A DNA stretch of 32,000 bases, taken from contig DATGGU010000179.1 in NCBI GenBank assembly GCA_035308365.1, positions 3,139 through 35,138 of the forward strand, written 5' to 3'. The stretch's first letter is position 1. Each line of letters begins with the position of its first letter. Source of the DNA: Streptosporangiaceae bacterium. Lineage in GTDB: Bacteria; Actinomycetota; Actinomycetes; Streptosporangiales; Streptosporangiaceae. The position numbers were made by a program, and so were the translations under genes. Below are positions 29,537 to 32,000 of the stretch, one piece after another. The notes beneath the pieces were generated by a model, which had not been told where the DNA came from, made no database searches, and worked only from the letters and a program-made list of their open reading frames with translations.

Positions 29537-30217
29537 TCAGTCGGCCGCTCCGGGCTGGGCGGCCTGGTTCGCCGGGCCGGCCTGGCTGGCGCGGTTGGCC
29601 TGGCTGGCGTGGCTGGTCTTGTCGTGCGGGCCGGGCGGCTGCGGCGGCCCGGCCGGCTCGCGCGTGCCATCGATCCGCAGCCCGCGGATGGCCAGCAGGA
29701 CGGCCAGCACGCCACCGCAGACGATGGCCGAATCGGCCAGGTTGAACACCGGCCAGTGTGGCAGCTCTATCCAGTCCACCACCGAGCCCCGCATCGGCCC
29801 GGGCGCGCGGAACAGCCGGTCCGACAGGTTGCCGGTGGCGCCGCCGAGCAGCAGCCCGAGCGTGATCGCCCAGGGCAGGCTGCGCAGCTTCCGCGCGGTC
29901 CGCAGGATGAAGACGATCACGCCGGCCGCGATCGCGGTGAACACGATCGTCATCGAGGTCCCGATGCTGAACGCCGCGCCGCTGTTGCGCAGCAGCCGGA
30001 TCGTCAGCAGGCCGCCGAGCAGCCGGATCGGGGCATGGCCGGCCAGGTCGGCCACCACGATGGCCTTCGAGATGAGGTCGGCGGCCAGCACGAACACGGC
30101 AACGCCGGCCAGGACGGTGACGTACAGGCGGCCCGGCCTGGAACGCTCCGGACCGCCGGGCTCGCCGGGCTCGCCGGGCTGCCCCGCGCCTTGCATGTCC
30201 GCGCCGGTGTCAGTCAT
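29537..30217 (-). CDS. lspA: Lipoprotein signal peptidase (signal peptidase II)
   Basis: From the ATG at 30217: ...[26 protein letters not shown]...[17 protein letters not shown]...[52 protein letters not shown]...; both catalytic-Asp motifs intact. Confidence 0.93.
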   Translation of the reverse strand: MTDTGADMQGAGQPGEPGEPGGPERSRPGRLYVTVLAGVAVFVLAADLISKAIVVADLAGHAPIRLLGGLLTIRLLRNSGAAFSIGTSMTIVFTAIAAGVIVFILRTARKLRSLPWAITLGLLLGGATGNLSDRLFRAPGPMRGSVVDWIELPHWPVFNLADSAIVCGGVLAVLLAIRGLRIDGTREPAGPPQPPGPHDKTSHASQANRASQAGPANQAAQPGAAD

Positions 30218-30224
30218 CGGCGGG

Positions 30225-30644
30225 TCAGCGGCGCTCTTCACGCTGCTTGCACGAGACACACAGGGTGGCCCGGGGGAAGGCCTGCAAGCGCGCCTTCCCG
30301 ATGGGCTCGCCGCAGGACTCGCATACCCCGTAGGTCCCCGCCGCGATCCTGGCCAGCGCCCGCTCGTTCTGCGCCAGAAGCTCCTTGGCGTTGTGGGTGA
30401 GGGCAAGGTCATGCTCGCGCTGGAACGTCTTCGCCCCGGCGTCGGCCTGGTCATCGCCGGCGTCCGCGACCGCGTCCCCCATCCGGTCGGCGATGTCGGA
30501 CTCGGCCTTGGCGATCTCCGCGGTCAGCTCGGTCACTTCGGCTTCGAGCTCCATGCGGACCTCGTCGAGTTCGGCCTCGGTCCAGGGCTTCTCACCCGGC
30601 CGGACCGGGAGAGCCGCGGCGCCGGAACGGGTGGCTTCTGCCAT
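30225..30644 (-). CDS. DksA/TraR-type zinc-finger protein
   Basis: From the ATG at 30644: [50 protein letters not shown]...[36 protein letters not shown]; C-x2-C...C-x2-C finger. Confidence 0.92.
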   Translation of the reverse strand: MAEATRSGAAALPVRPGEKPWTEAELDEVRMELEAEVTELTAEIAKAESDIADRMGDAVADAGDDQADAGAKTFQREHDLALTHNAKELLAQNERALARIAAGTYGVCESCGEPIGKARLQAFPRATLCVSCKQREERR

Positions 30645-30692
30645 CTCGGACCTCCCGTGGCGCGAAATGTCGGCGAATCCCTGCACTGTAAA

Positions 30693-30719
30693 GATCTTGA
30701 AATAGCGATGATCTTGAAA
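30693..30719. repeat. 10-bp direct repeat GATCTTGAAA x2 (17-bp period) upstream of the DksA/TraR-like gene
   Basis: GATCTTGAAA at 30693-30702 and 30710-30719, in a locally AT-rich patch. Confidence 0.6.
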
Positions 30720-30809
30720 CAGCGCGGTCAACGGAGGATAAGTCCGGACGGCGGCCATTGCAAACTCGCCCCGGACCCCGGCACGGCCGGCGGCCGGGCG
30801 GGCCGCGGC

Positions 30810-31124
30810 TCAGGAGTCGTAGTGGCTGGGCGGGAACGGGTCACGCTCGTGCTCGACACGCAGTTCGTCCTTGTCATACTCGCGCCGGATCTCCGCCCTG
30901 GCCTCCTGATAGACATCGGTCTCGCTGACATCGAAGGGCTGCGGCGGCGTGTCGGTCGCCGGCGGCACCTCATCGGGGTCGAAGTCGTCGACCCCGGCCT
31001 CGACCCGCTCCTCCTCGGCCAGCCGGGCGAGCTGCTCGTCATCGATGTGCTCCGGGCTGCCGCCGTGCTCCCGGCGGTCGCGGCGGAACTCGCTAGCGGG
31101 CTGATCCGGCTCTTGCTCTGTCAT
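30810..31124 (-). CDS. Small highly acidic hypothetical protein
   Basis: From the ATG at 31124: MTEQEPDQPASEFRRDRREHGGSPEHIDDEQLARLAEEERVEAGVDDFDPDEVPPATDTPPQPFDVSETDVYQEARAEIRREYDKDELRVEHERDPFPPSHYDS. Conserved-looking but no family assigned. Confidence 0.7.
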   Translation of the reverse strand: MTEQEPDQPASEFRRDRREHGGSPEHIDDEQLARLAEEERVEAGVDDFDPDEVPPATDTPPQPFDVSETDVYQEARAEIRREYDKDELRVEHERDPFPPSHYDS

Positions 31125-31190
31125 GACGCCTCCAGCGGGTAGGCGGAACGGCCCCCGGGCACACGGTAACCTAAGTGGCAGCGCGGCGTT

Positions 31191-31410
31191 GATCCGGCTA
31201 TCACCGGGGAGCCTCCGGAAGAACGGGTGCCTGCACCTCAGTAGAACCGGACGGGTGGGCCCGTCACAGCCTGTCGAATGAGCGGTCGTCATATCAGCCA
31301 GATCCCTGGCTGGCGTGGTGGCAAGCGAGGTGGTACCGCGGTGTCGCCCGGGCCGGTGGCCCTGGGATGCCGTCCTCGCCGGAGTTGCGGACCGACCCGG
31401 AGGGAACCAC
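31191..31410 (+). promoter_or_regulatory. T-box riboswitch leader of ileS (actinobacterial ultrashort Stem I type)
   Basis: GGCTATCACCGGGGAGCCTCCGGAAGAACGG with specifier ATC (31200-31202), then GCGAGG-TGGTACC-GCGG (bulge 31331-31337) and partner CCTCGC near 31374-31379, directly upstream of ileS. Confidence 0.93.
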
Positions 31411-31413
31411 CGA

Positions 31414-32000
31414 ATGATCTATCCCAAGGCATCTGCGGGCAAGCGCGACGAGGGCGTGCCGCCCACTCCTCGTTTCCCGCAGATCGAGGAATGGGTCCTG
31501 GAGTACTGGGCGGCCGACGACACGTTCCGCGCGTCCGTGGAAAACCGTCCCGCGGGCGAGAACGGCTCCGACGAGTTCGTGTTCTATGACGGTCCCCCGT
31601 TCGCGAACGGCCTGCCGCATTACGGCCACCTGCTGACCGGCTATGTCAAGGACCTGATCCCGCGCTACCAGACCATGCGCGGGAAGCGGGTGGAGCGCCG
31701 GTTCGGCTGGGACACCCACGGTCTGCCGGCCGAGCTCGAGGCGATGCGGCAGCTTGGCATCAAGACCAAGGAGGAAATCGAGCAGGACTTCGGCATCGCC
31801 AGGTTCAACGAGGCGTGCCGGGCGTCGGTCCTGCGGTACACCCAGGCATGGCGCGACTACGTCACCCGGCAGGCCCGGTGGGTGGACTTCGGCAACGACT
31901 ACAAGACCCTCGACCTGAGCTACATGGAGAGCGTCATCTGGGCGTTCAAGCAGCTCTACGACAAGGGCCTGGTCTACGAGGGGTACCGGTGCCTGCCGTA
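31414..32000 (+). CDS. ileS: Isoleucyl-tRNA synthetase, partial (3' end beyond window)
   Basis: [110 protein letters not shown]...; HIGH-type motif (HYGH). Confidence 0.97.
   Translation, partial: MIYPKASAGKRDEGVPPTPRFPQIEEWVLEYWAADDTFRASVENRPAGENGSDEFVFYDGPPFANGLPHYGHLLTGYVKDLIPRYQTMRGKRVERRFGWDTHGLPAELEAMRQLGIKTKEEIEQDFGIARFNEACRASVLRYTQAWRDYVTRQARWVDFGNDYKTLDLSYMESVIWAFKQLYDKGLVYEGYRCLP

Noticed and set aside
30155-30182. CCGGGCTCG tandem repeat inside the lspA 5' region
   Set aside because: A short in-frame repeat coding GEPGEPGGP in the variable N-terminal cytoplasmic tail; expected low-complexity slippage, not a distinct element.

Overview
This window is high-GC actinobacterial chromosomal DNA dominated by housekeeping and biosynthetic genes. 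From left to right it carries: gltB (-, runs off the left edge); a MarR regulator (-) divergent from a YceI-family gene (+); a short questin-oxidase-like ORF (-); a tightly packed minus-strand block hisI / Trp-associated membrane protein / OmpR-type response regulator / trpC / trpB / trpA / lgt-like; a TIGR03085-type gene (+); archaeal-type aspS (-) divergent from ppgK (+); a his operon hisD-C-B-H-A-F (-); a DUF885 protein (+); a DUF2567-like membrane protein (-) divergent from an ABC ATPase/permease pair (+); dnaE (-); an rluD-like gene, lspA, a DksA/TraR-type gene and a small acidic protein (all -); and ileS (+, runs off the right edge). I see no CRISPR array, prophage, transposon, tRNA or rRNA. 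The best leads are: (1) a full-length-Stem-I T-box leader upstream of an archaeal-type, possibly non-discriminating, AspRS, with a drawable SD-sequestering switch; (2) an Lgt at the canonical locus whose signature and catalytic residues are substituted; (3) a response regulator with a degenerate receiver inside the trp operon by 4-nt overlaps on both sides, where trpE is missing; (4) a near-perfect duplicated 68-bp hairpin repeat between convergent genes; (5) a questin-oxidase-like ORF that looks internally deleted; (6) candidate GlnR and MarR operators and other short repeat motifs. All family calls are by recognition from the translated sequence; no database search was run.
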